A DNA stretch of 63,971 bases, filler included, from Octopus bimaculoides (taxonomy: Eukaryota): the NCBI RefSeq assembly GCF_001194135.2. It is 8 parts of 8 records of this genome, joined end to end, with 100 filler letters (N's around TTAATTAATTAA, not from the genome) between each part and the next. Parts side by side here need not be neighbours in the genome. Positions count along the whole stretch, not along the records: positions 1 to 11,527 come from NC_068996.1; positions 11,628 to 20,437 come from NC_068988.1; 6 more parts are not named here. The stretch is one strand, 5' to 3'. The notes under the pieces were generated by a model. The model did no database searches and was not told the origin of the DNA. It was given only the letters and a program-made list of their open reading frames with translations. The translations under genes were made by a program, and so were the position numbers. Positions 1 to 12,744 of this stretch are shown one piece after another (positions within the stretch are counted from its first letter, which is position 1; every line of letters begins with the position of its first letter).

Positions 1-264
1 AGTGGGGATAGGGGATACATAATAGAGGGGATGAAAGGTAGAAGGTGATGAATGACTTTGGAGTATCAGTATGACTGTAGCACCAGATTATCCAGTTATG
101 AGGATTTAAAAAAAAAGACCTTCATGGTAGTGGTAGAAATAAACCAAACAGAGGAGACCAGCTGGACTGCAGACTTTAGGCTGAAGATATGTAAGTAACT
201 TCATTCCAGTTAGTTGAGTAATCTTTTTTTTTTTTTTAAGTGGTCCAGGATATCAGTGAGTGCT

Positions 265-270
265 GCAGCA

Positions 271-315
<45 letters not shown>
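265..315. repeat. (CAG)n microsatellite
   Basis: Direct reading; one CAA interruption. Confidence 0.95.
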
Positions 316-2026
316 CTGTCTTCAGTGTAAGAGCAAGACTCCATTGTGTATCACACCTGAGCTTTGTACAGTATCAATAATTGTTGGGGACTGAACCTTA
401 TCATTGGCCATGGAGAGAAGAGTGAGTCCCAAATACTTAATCCTAGTACATAATCATAGTATCTGATGGACGATACGTAAAACTGGTCTTGAAAGGTTTT
501 GATCTTGTTATCTATTTTTCTTAGATAGCAAAAGAACCTTACTCTCAGTGTTTCATTGTTTCCAATTTTTCTTTATCTCAATAGGGTTGCAGTTTAGTGA
601 TCAAAGTGTTCAACTTATGATGATAACATTGTGATTTCAATTCCTGGACCAGGCAACACACTGTATTCTTGAACAAAACACTTCATTTCACATTACTCCA
701 GTCCACTCAGTTGACAAAAATGAGTAATCATGCAACAGAACAGTGTCCCAGAAAGGATCTTTATCCATTATCTTTTATATAAATGTGAAGGAAAATTATC
801 AAGTTCACTTCTCACAGTCTCTGTATCCAATGCATAACTATGTTGAGATGGAGAGAGATCTATCCAATTCTAAAGAGGTGCCAGAGCTCCACTCATCTTT
901 GACCATTTTGATACTTTCTCTGAGTGTATGAGAGGAGTGCCAAGCATACACTAACAACCCTGCCACTGCTTTAACAGCTTACCCTGAGGTAAACTGTTTG
1001 TTGACAGTTTAGCTCCCGACGTCCCACCATGAAACAGACAGCATTATTAAGTGTTAGTGTGGGCAAGATATTGATTATCACAGATGTCCAGCATAACAAG
1101 TGAAAATATTAACATGAATAATTGATTAAATGTCCGACTCAGAAACAAACTTCTCTCCATACATTGAGATAAGAGACAATCAGGTGTTTAAATACACCTA
1201 TTGGATTATACCGACACTTTAATGACTCTTTTAACCATCTTATATATATATATATATACATACACATGTATGCATATGTAATGTGTGTATGCATGTGCGC
1301 ATGTTTATGTATGCCACAGAACTTTCTAATACTAGATACCACTATCTAAGAGTTAAATAAACTTAATAACGTTATCTATGTAGATGTGTGCGTGTGTTTG
1401 TATGTATATATGTATAGATGTATGAGTGTGTGTCTGTTTGTCTGTCTGTCTGTGTCTATGTCTGTGTTTGTATGTATATATGTATAGATGTATGAGTGTG
1501 TGTCTGTTTGTCTGTCTGTCTGTGTCTATGTCTGTACTTATGTATGTCTGTGTGTACCTGCCCGACAACTCCAGGGACAGTGGTGTTCTCCAGCCCTCTA
1601 AAGCAATTCACCTTGCAGAAGGTACTCCAATGTAAAACCTCAGATTTGCTAGTCATCACAGCCATCTTCGCCTGCTGAGTGATTATGGTCAGACCTCCAA
1701 GTTTAAAGAGTAGAATCAGATTGGGCAGACCGATTCTCACTTTATAGTTTGTGAGGACAAGCAGGAAGAAAAAACCATGCAGCATCAAGAATTGGTTTAC
1801 AAAAAATTGAGGGTAAGCTGCCGAACATCCTAATGATCTTCAAACATGAAGAAACTGCTACCCTCATTATCAAAATATGATGTACATCTTCATGAAACAA
1901 TAAGAAATTCAGCATAAAATTTCTTTTACAAAAAGAATAACACTAAAACAGACAATTGCTATTATTATTATTTCTTTTATTGCTACAATGGCAATAGATG
2001 GGGACAATACAATAGGTTACAATAAC

Positions 2027-2065
<39 letters not shown>

Positions 2066-2277
2066 CCTTTCTACTTTAGGCACAAGGCCTGAAAATTAGG
2101 GGAGGGGATAGTCGATTACAGCGACCCCAGTGTTTCACTGGTACTTAATTTATCGACCCTGAAAGGATGAAAGGCAAAGTTGACCTCAGCAGAATTTGAA
2201 CTCAGAATGTAAAGATGGATGAAATGCTGCTAAGCATTTCACTCAGCATGCTAACTATTCTGCCAGCTCCCCACCTT
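2066..2277 (-). mobile_element. tRNA-derived SINE family A
   Basis: Sense strand: A-box TGGCAGAAT, B-box GAGTTCAAATT, central CCTTTCATCCTTTC..GGTCGATAAATTAAGTACCAG, tail AGAAAGG(ATT)n. AAT tracts on both sides. Confidence 0.88.
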
Positions 2278-2281
2278 AACA

Positions 2282-2363
<82 letters not shown>

Positions 2364-2506
2364 TATTTTATTAGCCAAAAGGACCAAAATATAATAATGA
2401 TAATAATAATAATAATTAGTAGTAGTAGTAGTTGTAGTTGTAGTAGAAGTAGATTTCAGTTCACAACCTTCCAACACATACCAGTATGATACACTTGAAC
2501 CGCTGC

Positions 2507-2537
<31 letters not shown>

Positions 2538-3273
2538 AGCAAAATCTCTTTTGATTTCCATTCCTTTATTTTCTTTTTTAAAAAAAAATAAGAAAAAAAG
2601 CAATAATTACACATTGTGCAACATCATAGTTGTAAAAAAGATAATAAAGTCGGGAAGGTCGTGTCTGGAATGCTTTTAATTATGGGTCTTGCTCATTTAG
2701 CTGGAGAGTGAGGCATGAGCCAACTAAGAGATTCAACAACAATGACCACAATAACAACAGAAATTTTTTTTTTTACTAAAGCAGAAATATTTTGGAATTC
2801 AATGACCTCCTTAATCATGCTTTACATGGAAACATTAAACATGTTACTGTGAGATGATTAGTTACCTGTTTAAAACTGGAACTGCATCGTTATCAGCTAA
2901 TTGGCAGAGTTATTAGAGCATTGGATAGAACATCATGCAGTTTTTATTCCAATATTATATGCTCAGAGTTCAAACCTTACTACTGAAGTCAACTTTACTT
3001 TGATCTTTTGTGATGGTGGTGCTAGATGGGGTGTCAATAGAAAGTATAAAACCATGGAGATGGATTGACAGTCTGTTAAAGCATCAGATAGAATATCTCA
3101 TGAGGTTTCTTTTTCTCTCCTTCCAGACAGCAACAACACAAGTTCCAAGCTTTGTTTCTCTTGGTGTACCTTTTTTTATTTTTAACATTCTTAGTGATGT
3201 GAGAAGTGGAGACATGCATGCAATGGCAATTGTTGGTCTTTTACAAAACCCTTTCTCCAGTGTGTGTAGATAA

Positions 3274-3338
<65 letters not shown>

Positions 3339-3717
3339 TATATATATGTATGTATATATATGTATATATATATGTATATATATATATGTATATATATATA
3401 TGTATGTATTACAGTATCTTTGGCCCAATGAGTAGGTAGTGGATTATTCCTCTTTGGGAAGCTATGAAACATATGTAGCCAAGATTTTATCAACTTCATT
3501 CCCTAATTTTGGACTTTTTTTTCCCATACACAGCAACCCCAGCTACTAACCATAAACTATAAAATAACTTTTTTCAGCTTATAAAACCTTGATATAGGAA
3601 AAGTTTACAACTTTCTACGTCAATAAACCATTATTGATCTTGAAAGTTGTTCTTTATACCTTCTATGGACTGCTCAAAGCTTGCTAACTTGCTGGATTCT
3701 TGGATCTTATTTTTACA

Positions 3718-3751
<34 letters not shown>

Positions 3752-3961
3752 AGCATATATATATGGGCAACCATGTCTGAGGGAATCTCTAAACTACTGA
3801 CCCTCACCTCTACTTCCCAGTCCCTCACAGGGATGAAAGACAAAATTAACATCAATGGCATTTGAACTCAGAACATAGAGTAATGTAACAAGCTTTCAAC
3901 AGACATTTGCTTCAGAACTCTACTGTTTCTGCAATTCTATTGCGATAATGATAATAATAAT

Positions 3962-4175
3962 CCTTTCTACTATAGGCACAAAGCCTGGAATTTGCGGGGA
4001 GGGAGACAATCGATCACATCAACTCCAGTACTTAACTGGTACTTAATCTATCAACCCCAAGAAGATGAATGTCAAAGTCAACTTCATCGGAATTTGAACT
4101 CAAAACATAAAGACAGATGAAATGCTGCTAAGCATTTTGCCTAGTGTGCTACCAATTCTGCCAGCTCACCACCTT
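3962..4175 (-). mobile_element. SINE family A
   Basis: Same structure, between AAT tracts. Confidence 0.85.
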
Positions 4176-4876
4176 AATAATAATAATAATAATAACAAGT
4201 GGCTCTCATGGCTTCTGATCTTAATTGATTGGAAGTGCTATCATGTACATTGTTTTGTCTTGGTATAAAAGATGGGCTACAGCAAATATTCTGCTTAATA
4301 CCACAGATTTGCTTGTCAGTTGTTTGACCTTAACCAGTTAAGTATGTCCCTCGGTGGCTGACGATATGTGCATCTCTGATAATGAGCAGAAGTAGTGAGG
4401 GAGCATCATAGCCATGTGTTGAGAGGAATTCTTTGGGGTTTGAATAATTCACCTTTGGAAACATGGGTGTTTTATTCAACATTTTTAAACAACCTTTATT
4501 CAGGGACCTTTTGATTNNNNNNNNNNNNNNNNNNNNNNNNNNNNNNNNNNNNNNNNNNNNNNNNNNNNNNNNNNNNNNNNNNNNNNNNNNNNNNNNNNNN
4601 NNNNNNNNNNNNNNNNNNNNNNNNNNNNNNNNNNNNNNNNNNNNNNNNNNNNNNNNNNNNNNNNNNNNNNNNNNNNNNNNNNNNNNNNNNNNNNNNNNNN
4701 NNNNNNNNNNNNNNNNNNNNNNNNNNNNNNNNNNNNNNNNNNNNNNNNNNNNNNNNNNNNNNNNNNNNNNNNNNNNNNNNNNNNNNNNNNNNNNNNNNNN
4801 NNNNNNNNNNNNNNNNNNNNNNNNNNNNNNNNNNNNNNNNNNNNNNNNNNNNNNNNNNNNNNNNNNNNNNNNNNNN

Positions 4877-5009
4877 AAAACTGTACAAATCCAAATATAT
4901 GGTACCCTAGGCATAACACCTACATGAACTTCTAACTTGTTGTCTCTTGAGGTCTCTGGGTGAGACTTGGATCCAACTTGTACAAATGCAAAACAAAAGT
5001 CAAACATAA

Positions 5010-5010
<1 letters not shown>
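4877..5010 (+). mobile_element. R4/Dong 3' UTR end
   Basis: ...caacttgtacaaatgcaaaacaaaagtcaaacataa then (AAT)n. Reads identical to the reverse complement of about 52983-53116. Confidence 0.85.
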
Positions 5011-5078
<68 letters not shown>

Positions 5079-5098
5079 GATGATGATGATGATGATGA

Positions 5099-5309
5099 TT
5101 TCAAATTTTGACACAAGACCAGCAATTTGAGTGAAGAAGGTAAATCGATTACATCAACCCCAATAATCAACTAGTTCTTATTTTATTGACCCCCAAAAGG
5201 ATGAAAGGCAAAGTCAACCTCAGTGGAATTTGAACTCAGAACACGAAGACAGATGAAATGCTGTTGAACATTTTGCCTGGCATGCTAACAATTCTATGAG
5301 CTCACTGCC

Positions 5310-5311
<2 letters not shown>
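5099..5311 (-). mobile_element. SINE family A (variant tail)
   Basis: Same head and core; lies in the AAT/GAT tract after a Dong 3' end. Confidence 0.82.
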
Positions 5312-5385
<74 letters not shown>

Positions 5386-5546
5386 CAACAACAACAACAA
5401 CAACAACAATAATAACAATAATAAAAAGAACACACAATGCTACACACATCCCAGCAACATGAAGGTGTAGCAGGTGATGCAGTAGAAATTTGTCTCAATC
5501 TACCAAATATTGAACAGTTATATGATGATAGTAATAATGATGATAA

Positions 5547-6175
5547 TCACTCCTTTGGAACTTTACTGCTCAAACTGACAGAAAGATATATGCAAATAAG
5601 GATTTCAGACAAAAATCATGCCTACGCATCGATTTGACAACATCGATATGACAACATAAATATATCTGTCAAGACCTACCAAAAACTGAGTAAGTATAAA
5701 GATCTTGAAATAGAAATTGGAACCCCAAGACTAAAACAATACCTGTTGTCATAGGTGCCCTAGGAATGATAGCTTGATTGTTACCTAGCTCAGATACCAG
5801 GAAATCCAAAAATGGAAGAAATTCAAACAATAGTGCTCGTGGGAACAGCTCATATCTTACGAAAAATATTCTCTATGTAATCCCCAAAACATTTTAATTT
5901 GTGAATATTATCAAAAGTACTTTTAAACGTACGTAATAGCGAACACCTTTTGCTATCATCTTCAGATCACACTATCATCTCATAATTCAATTACTTTTAA
6001 AACAAACTTCTAATTTACTTATGGTTTGACAGACATTCTCTGTGCAAAACCAAAAATATGGCACCTTAGTCATAACACCAACTTGAACTTCTAACCTATT
6101 ATCTCTTGAGGTCTCTGGGAGAGACTTGGAGTCAACTTGTACAAATACAAAGCAAAAGCCATACATATAATAATA
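5547..6175 (+). mobile_element. R4/Dong-clade LINE 3' part (restriction-like endonuclease and UTR)
   Basis: LSKYKDLEIEI, TIPVVIGALGMI and QIPGNPKMEEIQTIVLVGTAHILRKIFSM*; followed by (AAT)/(GAT) repeats. Confidence 0.85.
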
Positions 6176-7069
6176 ATAATGATGACAATGATGATGATGA
6201 TGATGATGATGACGATGATGATGATGATGACGATGATGATGATAATGATGATTTCTAAATTATGTACAAAGCAAGCAGTTTGTAGGGAAGGGTTTAGTGA
6301 ATACCATTGATTCTAGTTGATGAATGATAACTTATTTCATTGAACTTAATAGTTGACCTCAGTAAGATAGAAATGACAATGGCTACAATGATGGTGACAA
6401 CAATCACTGCAGTAATTTATTTTATTGGCCATGTGTTACATGACACTTGGAATATTACATAAAGCAGAATACAAAAGAAAGAAAGAACCTAAGAAATTGG
6501 TGAGAATGTTAACATGAAGTAAAAGGTTTTTCTCAACAATAATCCTTTCTCTTTTCTACTATAGGCACAAGGTCTGGAATTTGGAGGAGGGAGTAGTCGA
6601 TTACATCAACACCCAGTACTTATCTGGTACTTAATTTATCGACCCTGAAAGGATGAAAGGCAAAATGAACCTCAGTAGTTTTTGCTCAACAATAATGACA
6701 ATAAAAATGATGCATTATGTGTATCTCATAAGTGCCCTCGAATTAGTGACACACCAAAGGCAAATGTTTCCTCCAACTTCCTGTCACCAGCTCACTTAGT
6801 AACACCAATATCGACTCTCACCTATCTTTCATAGAATTTAGGGAACAGAAGTACCTTCACCTTGTCCGCTCACAAAAATTTGATGAAGACCTAGTCTGAA
6901 AGGAAACGCTCTACCCTCTAACATTTCAGCTGTGCCACTCACACAACTTTCTTCACTACAACCACCAAACAGGGGTAGACAACTCAATCTTCTTTGCCAA
7001 AGGAAGATTGTGGTTTAAACTTAATGATCTATTCTATTATAAGAGTTTTATATATACATCATCATCATC

Positions 7070-7380
7070 ATTATCATCATCATTTAACGTCCGCTTTCCA
7101 TGCTAGCATGGGTTGGACGAATTGACTGAGGACTGGTGAAACCAGATGGCTACACCAGGCTCCAATCTGATTTAGCAGAGTTTCTACAGCTGGATGCCCT
7201 TCCTAACGCCAACCACTCCGAGAGTGTAGTGGGTGCTTTTACATGCCACCGGCATGAAGGCCAGTCAGGCGGTACTGGCAACAGCCACGCTCAAAATGGT
7301 GTATTTTACGTGCCACCTGCACAGGAGCCAGTTCGGCGACACTGGCAACAATCTCGCTCGAATGTGGCAACAATCTCACT
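7070..7380 (-). mobile_element. RTE LINE 3' UTR fragment
   Basis: (cat)n-tttaacgtccgctttccatgctagcatgggttggacg..., same family as 46737-47150. Confidence 0.88.
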
Positions 7381-7424
7381 TGAATGTACATACATATATA
7401 TAAACCAACAAGTCAATGAGACAT

Positions 7425-9460
7425 GAACACTGAACCAGAACATGGTGGATGGCTTCATCACCCTACATGCATTTCAGACAGGTTTGGTTACTGGCAGCAT
7501 CAAGACAATCAGGCATATAGAGTTTACTCCCAAAATGACAAAGCCCATTATATCAGTACCAAACCAAAAACTCTTGAAAATTGCCCATAATACTCAGCCA
7601 ACAGCCTACTCAAACTGTCTTTTTCAGCACCCAGAATCTCTGCTAGGGGCCTTGTCAATCAAGAGTTTTATCTCCTTCAAATTTGTATCTTCTTTATAAC
7701 AATACACCTGTTCTTGTCTCTCTATTACACTTTAGCCTTTCAACACCTGGTATAAAGCCACCTTCTCCTCTCAAATATCCTCCACTTGGTTGTAGGAGCT
7801 TTTCCTTTTTTCCTTTTCTTTTGTTCTTTTTTTCTCTCTGTGAGCTGCATGATGACCTCACTATTGCCAGCAGCATGGAAAATGTACATACTCCATACAA
7901 TGGTTGACATTAGGAAAGGCATCCAGCCATAGAAACCATGCTAAAGCTGGTATTGGAGCTCAACACAGCCTGTCAAAATATCCAACCCATGCCAGCATGG
8001 AAGGTAGGTGTTAAAAAATAAACATGAAGATCCTATACTAGCCTGCTATAAAATGCTAACTTCAAGCTTTCACTGTCCACTTGGTTTGACTGGCACAGTA
8101 CAGTGAGTGCCTGATCACATTTGAGATGACAAACACCCCTCACCATCCATTTGGCATTGATCTAGAACAATATCCTAGATCATCCCCAAATGATGAGTTT
8201 TCAGATGATGTCACACAAATAGTGACCACCACATCTATTTCCATCATCATCATTATCATCATCATCAAGGTATTTCTGCATCAGCCTTAACACAGTATCC
8301 CAAAACACTCTTGCAGTGAACATTAGCAACTACTTAACCTCTTGACCAGTATATTCTGCAATTTGGTCAGATGTTTCCTGGGACAAACTATGACAATTTG
8401 GTGGTAGTAATACATTAATGAAGTAATGGAGATATTAGCCACTTCAACACAACTTTCAAGGCATCTTCCTCTCCGTCCATCATCATCATCGTTGTTTAAC
8501 GTCCGCTTTCCATGCTAGCATGGGTTGGACGATTTGACTGAGGACTGGTGAAACCAGATGGCTACACCAGGCTCCAATCTGATTTGGCAGAGTTTCTACA
8601 GCTGGATGCCCTTCCTAACGCCAACCACTCAGAGAGTGTAGTGGGTGCTTCTACGTGTCACCCGCATGAAGGCCAGTCAAGCGGACTGTTCAAAACCTCT
8701 TCTCTGGTTTTATCCTTATGGATGTGTGATCTGAATTTGACACCAAGCACCTTAACCTTTGGTTTGTCATTGTGATAGGTGGACTGTGATTATTAAAAAG
8801 AGACAGAAAAATTGTCATGTTAAAAGATTTAGGATAGTTTAAACTTTTACAAACATATCCAACACCATGGCAGGGGAGAGAATTATTTGGATGCAAACAT
8901 TATTTTATCTTCTCATATAAAAAGAGGAGCTAAAAACATCTCTGATATTTTTGGTAGGGAGGAACTTTGATATTTTTCAGTTTAAGAACCACTGCCTTAC
9001 CTAAACCCTGGTGAGCAAGAGAAGCTGCTGCCTTGCATCATCTTGCCTCTCAAGGAACCAACTTGCAAGTCTGCCAACTTATCTTGATTAATGTATGTTC
9101 TCATTACCTCCTAACACTTCACCAGAATGGCGCCAACAGCCACCTCACTTTGTGATGCTTCTGACACCATGAGGGTGACATCATCCACATAAGTACTCAA
9201 GCAAGCTGAATACTTCTCAGTGTCCTCAACTTCTGCAGCAAAAGTTCTAACCCTCAAAGCATACAGACAAGGTAAGAGAGAGGAAACTCTGGGTGGACTA
9301 AGCATGTGATGCAAAACAGTTCCAAGTGGCGAACATTTAGTCAACCACTAAACAGAGGCTGCAATGTATTGTAGTGGCCCAATCTCTAAAGATGATATTG
9401 AATTTGGCTGTACTTAGAACTGCAATAGACTGATCAGATCTGCCCCAAAGCCAGGTCTAA
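7425..9460 (-). mobile_element. Old Tx1/L1-clade LINE relic (RT to C-terminal zinc knuckle), nested with later insertions
   Basis: STYVDDVTLMVSE (YADD motif) near 9180; WTERK...EVANI near 8470; LAFYSRLV near 8045; CLKC..DEAIHHVLVQC near 7440. Confidence 0.75.
8478..8690 (-). mobile_element. RTE LINE 3' UTR fragment inserted in an older Tx1 element
   Basis: Near-identical to 7070-7260; interrupts Tx1-like coding remnants. Confidence 0.88.
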
Positions 9461-11016
9461 TGCCAACCTATTTTACAATGTATTGCATAAGGTGTTGGTT
9501 ATTGAAGACAGATCTGCCAGAGAACACACAAGTTTGTTTGCCTGTGACTAAACTATTAATAATAAGTGCTAACCTCTTGTCAAGCACCTTTACCCAACAT
9601 TTTAAATCTCATTTGAGCAGAGTTATAATTTTGAATTTTTTTTTATATTTCCCCTCATTCAATTTCTTTCTCCTTAACATCACCACTCTTCAGCTAATAT
9701 GAATGGAAATGTTAGGTCACAACCAAGTGAAGCATATTGGAATAACATTTGCAAGGCAGGTCAACCAGTTCTGGCAATTTTCCTATCACACAATCACTCA
9801 TAACATTTAATACTTCATCTGTTAAATTTAATTTTTCATAGTATCTTCAGCTGTGAGCTGTGGCAGATTTTTGAAGTAGGCATCATGACCCACAGTCCTG
9901 ATGAAAACTATATGCATCTTCTTGGAATCGGAGAGCATTTACCTACTGTATTCTACCAGAGATCAAAGTATGGCTTTGTTCAATGGACATGTAAGAAGTT
10001 GTTATCATCTATGCCCACTGAACAGCTTTCATTCCTTTGTTATACGATATGCAGTCTAACACAAACAATACATCCTCCATGTTTTACACTGAAGAAGTAA
10101 TTAATAGCCATTTTTGTTGCTTCTTGAAAGTGCATTATAAGCAAAACCTTTATTGCTCATCTCTTATTAGTGACTAATTAGACCCTTCTCTAATTTGCTG
10201 GTCTCCACTACTACATCTTTGCTAAATTTAGCTTCTTTTTTTTTTACTTTCTAGTGAGACACCATCACCACCACCAATTATTAATATTTGCATCTATTGA
10301 GACAGGCTCAACTAATTCAATAATCCAACCCCTGAGACCTTTCTGCACCTGGAAAAGTGCATCCTATTTCCAGTGTGTGGAGCCTTGTTTATTAGTTTAA
10401 TTTAAATTGACAGTAAAGATCACAAATTTGTAGTCTGCATAGTCAAACACTAAATAATAAAAAAAACAACAAAAAAAAACAAACAGAGATAACAAGAATG
10501 TGAGGAGTGAAAACAAACAATCCCTATTACAATTGTAGTTGCCTTGGGAATGAAAGAAGCAAACAGACGAATACATAACCAAAGCCCCAAAAATTCACAA
10601 CATACAGAAAATACCATAACTAAGTACTGCACACATATTACTGTAAAACTCCATATATAATGTGCATTTTTGCATCAAATCAAGATTAAAATTAGGGGTG
10701 TGTATAATATATGGTATTTGGCTGCAAAGTTTTCCCCATGTGCTTTTATTGAGAAAAAGACCAAAATAATGTAATAAAGATTTATTTTCTAGTATTTTTT
10801 TTTTCATATACCAATATGCATTATATAAAAATGTTGTTGAAAATGGTATTATAGGTTTTTGAGACAGTTTAGGAACCAGACATTGAGATGTGTTTTATAC
10901 ATATTAGCATATTATACATGGATCTTACAGCATGTGCATACCCAAGGCCCATTGATCTACATTTGATAATGCAGTGAAAGCATAAAAAAAATAATAAGTG
11001 AATAATAATGATAATA

Positions 11017-11207
11017 CTTTCTGCTATAGGCACAAGACCTGAAATTTTGGGGGTGGGGTCAGTCGATTACATTGATGCCAGTACACAACTGGTACTTAAT
11101 TTTATCAACTCCAAAAGGATGAAAAGCAAAGTTGACCTCAGCGAAATTTGAACTCAGAATATAAAGACAAATGAAATACTGCTAAGCATTTTGCCCAGCA
11201 TGCTAAC

Positions 11208-11208
<1 letters not shown>
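11017..11208 (-). mobile_element. SINE family A
   Basis: Same core; the AAT tract beside it carries the Dong RT fragment. Confidence 0.85.
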
Positions 11209-11267
<59 letters not shown>

Positions 11268-11270
<3 letters not shown>

Positions 11271-11527
11271 CCCCAAATCCAAGGAAACGGAGAAACCACA
11301 AAACTACAGACCTATAACCTGTCTCCCTACGATCTACAAAGCCTTTACTGCAATAATATTGCAGAGATTGAGTAAACACCTGGAAAATAACAACCTGTTT
11401 CCAGAAGAGCAGAAGGGATGCTGCAAGGGCTCATACGGCTGTAAAGATCAATTATTGATCAATAAAGCCATAACTGAAGACAGCCGCAGAAAGACGAAAG
11501 GCCTCAGTATGGCCTGGGTGGACTACC
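11268..11527 (+). mobile_element. R4/Dong-clade LINE, RT N-terminal fragment
   Basis: IPKSKETEKPQNYRPITCLPTIYKAFT...FPEEQKGCCKGSYGCKDQLLINK...SMAWVDY. Starts directly after an (AAT)n tract and is cut by a linker. Confidence 0.9.
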
Positions 11528-11627
11528 NNNNNNNNNNNNNNNNNNNNNNNNNNNNNNNNNNNNNNNNNNNNTTAATTAATTAANNNNNNNNNNNNNNNNN
11601 NNNNNNNNNNNNNNNNNNNNNNNNNNN
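11528..11627. other. Artificial 100-bp assembly linker N44-TTAATTAATTAA-N44
   Basis: Identical construct at 20438-20537, 27859-27958, 37347-37446, 53245-53344, 60465-60564 and 62712-62811; gives stops in all six frames. Confidence 0.97.
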
Positions 11628-11650
11628 ATACATACATACATACATATATA

Positions 11651-11790
11651 TAGGGGTTGGACAAAATAATGGAAACACCTTAAAATTTCAAATAATTTTA
11701 TTTTAATAAGGGGTAAGTCCGACTTTGGCAGTATATGCACCTTCAATTCTACGAGGTATGGGCACGTACAAAGTTTAGTAGAGTATATCA
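11651..11790 (-). mobile_element. Tc1 3' terminus with terminal inverted repeat
   Basis: TA|tAGGGGTTGGACAAAATAATGGAAAC is a Tc1-type terminus. The minus strand encodes LYVPIPRRIEGAYTAKVGLTPY*, matching the C-terminus of the 57 kb copy. Confidence 0.85.
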
Positions 11791-11914
11791 TAGTTAGACT
11801 TTAACAAGAAGTGGTGTAACAACGACTTCGAAGATTCAACCTACCACCTTTCATCATACATGTATAAATACATACATGCATACATACATACATACATACA
11901 TACATACATACTCC

Positions 11915-12110
11915 CCAGCTCAAAGCAGTACCTCAGCATATTCAATTTTTTTCTCTCCGTGTTTTTCTCCTTGTCTCCGTATTCTTTCTGTTGAAGAGCG
12001 TAGCTCGAAACGTCAAAGACTTTCCGTATTCCCGAGCGTCATACAAATACATCCTTTTGTTATTTACACCACCTGTCCTCGTCTGTTGTTGTTTTTTCGT
12101 ACATTCTCCT
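11915..12110 (+). mobile_element. Probable Penelope-like terminal repeat fragment
   Basis: Contains CTGtTGA-A-GAGC-gta-GCTC-GAAACGTC, the hammerhead-like motif typical of Penelope-like termini; flanked by (TACA)n. Confidence 0.6.
11983..12019 (+). ncRNA. Minimal type-I hammerhead ribozyme-like motif (one core substitution)
   Basis: Stem I TCTTT/AAAGA, core CTGTTGA, stem II GAGC/GCTC, GAAA, palindromic ACGT stem III, GUC cleavage triplet. Confidence 0.6.
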
Positions 12111-12744
12111 ACATACATACATGCATACATACATACGTACATACATACATGCATACATACGTACATACATACATACATACATACATNNNNNNNNNNNNNN
12201 NNNNNNNNNNNNNNNNNNNNNNNNNNNNNNNNNNNNNNNNNNNNNNNNNNNNNNNNNNNNNNNNNNNNNNNNNNNNNNNNNNNNNNNNNNNNNNNNNNNN
12301 NNNNNNNNNNNNNNNNNNNNNNNNNNNNNNNNNNNNNNNNNNNNNNNNNNNNNNNNNNNNNNNNNNNNNNNNNNNNNNNNNNNNNNNNNNNNNNNNNNNN
12401 NNNNNNNNNNNNNNNNNNNNNNNNNNNNNNNNNNNNNNNNNNNNNNNNNNNNNNNNNNNNNNNNNNNNNNNNNNNNNNNNNNNNNNNNNNNNNNNNNNNN
12501 NNNNNNNNNNNNNNNNNNNNNNNNNNNNNNNNNNNNNNNNNNNNNNNNNNNNNNNNNNNNNNNNNNNNNNNNNNNNNNNNNNNNNNNNNNNNNNNNNNNN
12601 NNNNNNNNNNNNNNNNNNNNNNNNNNNNNNNNNNNNNNNNNNNNNNNNNNNNNNNNNNNNNNNNNNNNNNNNNNNNNNNNNNNNNNNNNNNNNNNNNNNN
12701 NNNNNNNNNNNNNNNNNNNNNNNNNNATATACATATATGTAATA

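Noticed and set aside
191-240. GTAAGT...polyT-AAG 50-nt mini-intron next to the CAG repeat
   Set aside because: The spliced product has no recognisable homology and the intron is very short; probably chance.
4195-4516. Non-simple sequence starting at the end of an AAT tract, possibly a third AAT-docking element
   Set aside because: Single copy in this window, no coding motif, and its other end is in a gap; cannot be classified.
7136-8775. Duplicated ORFs starting MKPDGYTRLQSDLAEFLQLDALPNANHSES
   Set aside because: Antisense reading of the RTE 3' UTR, not a gene duplication.
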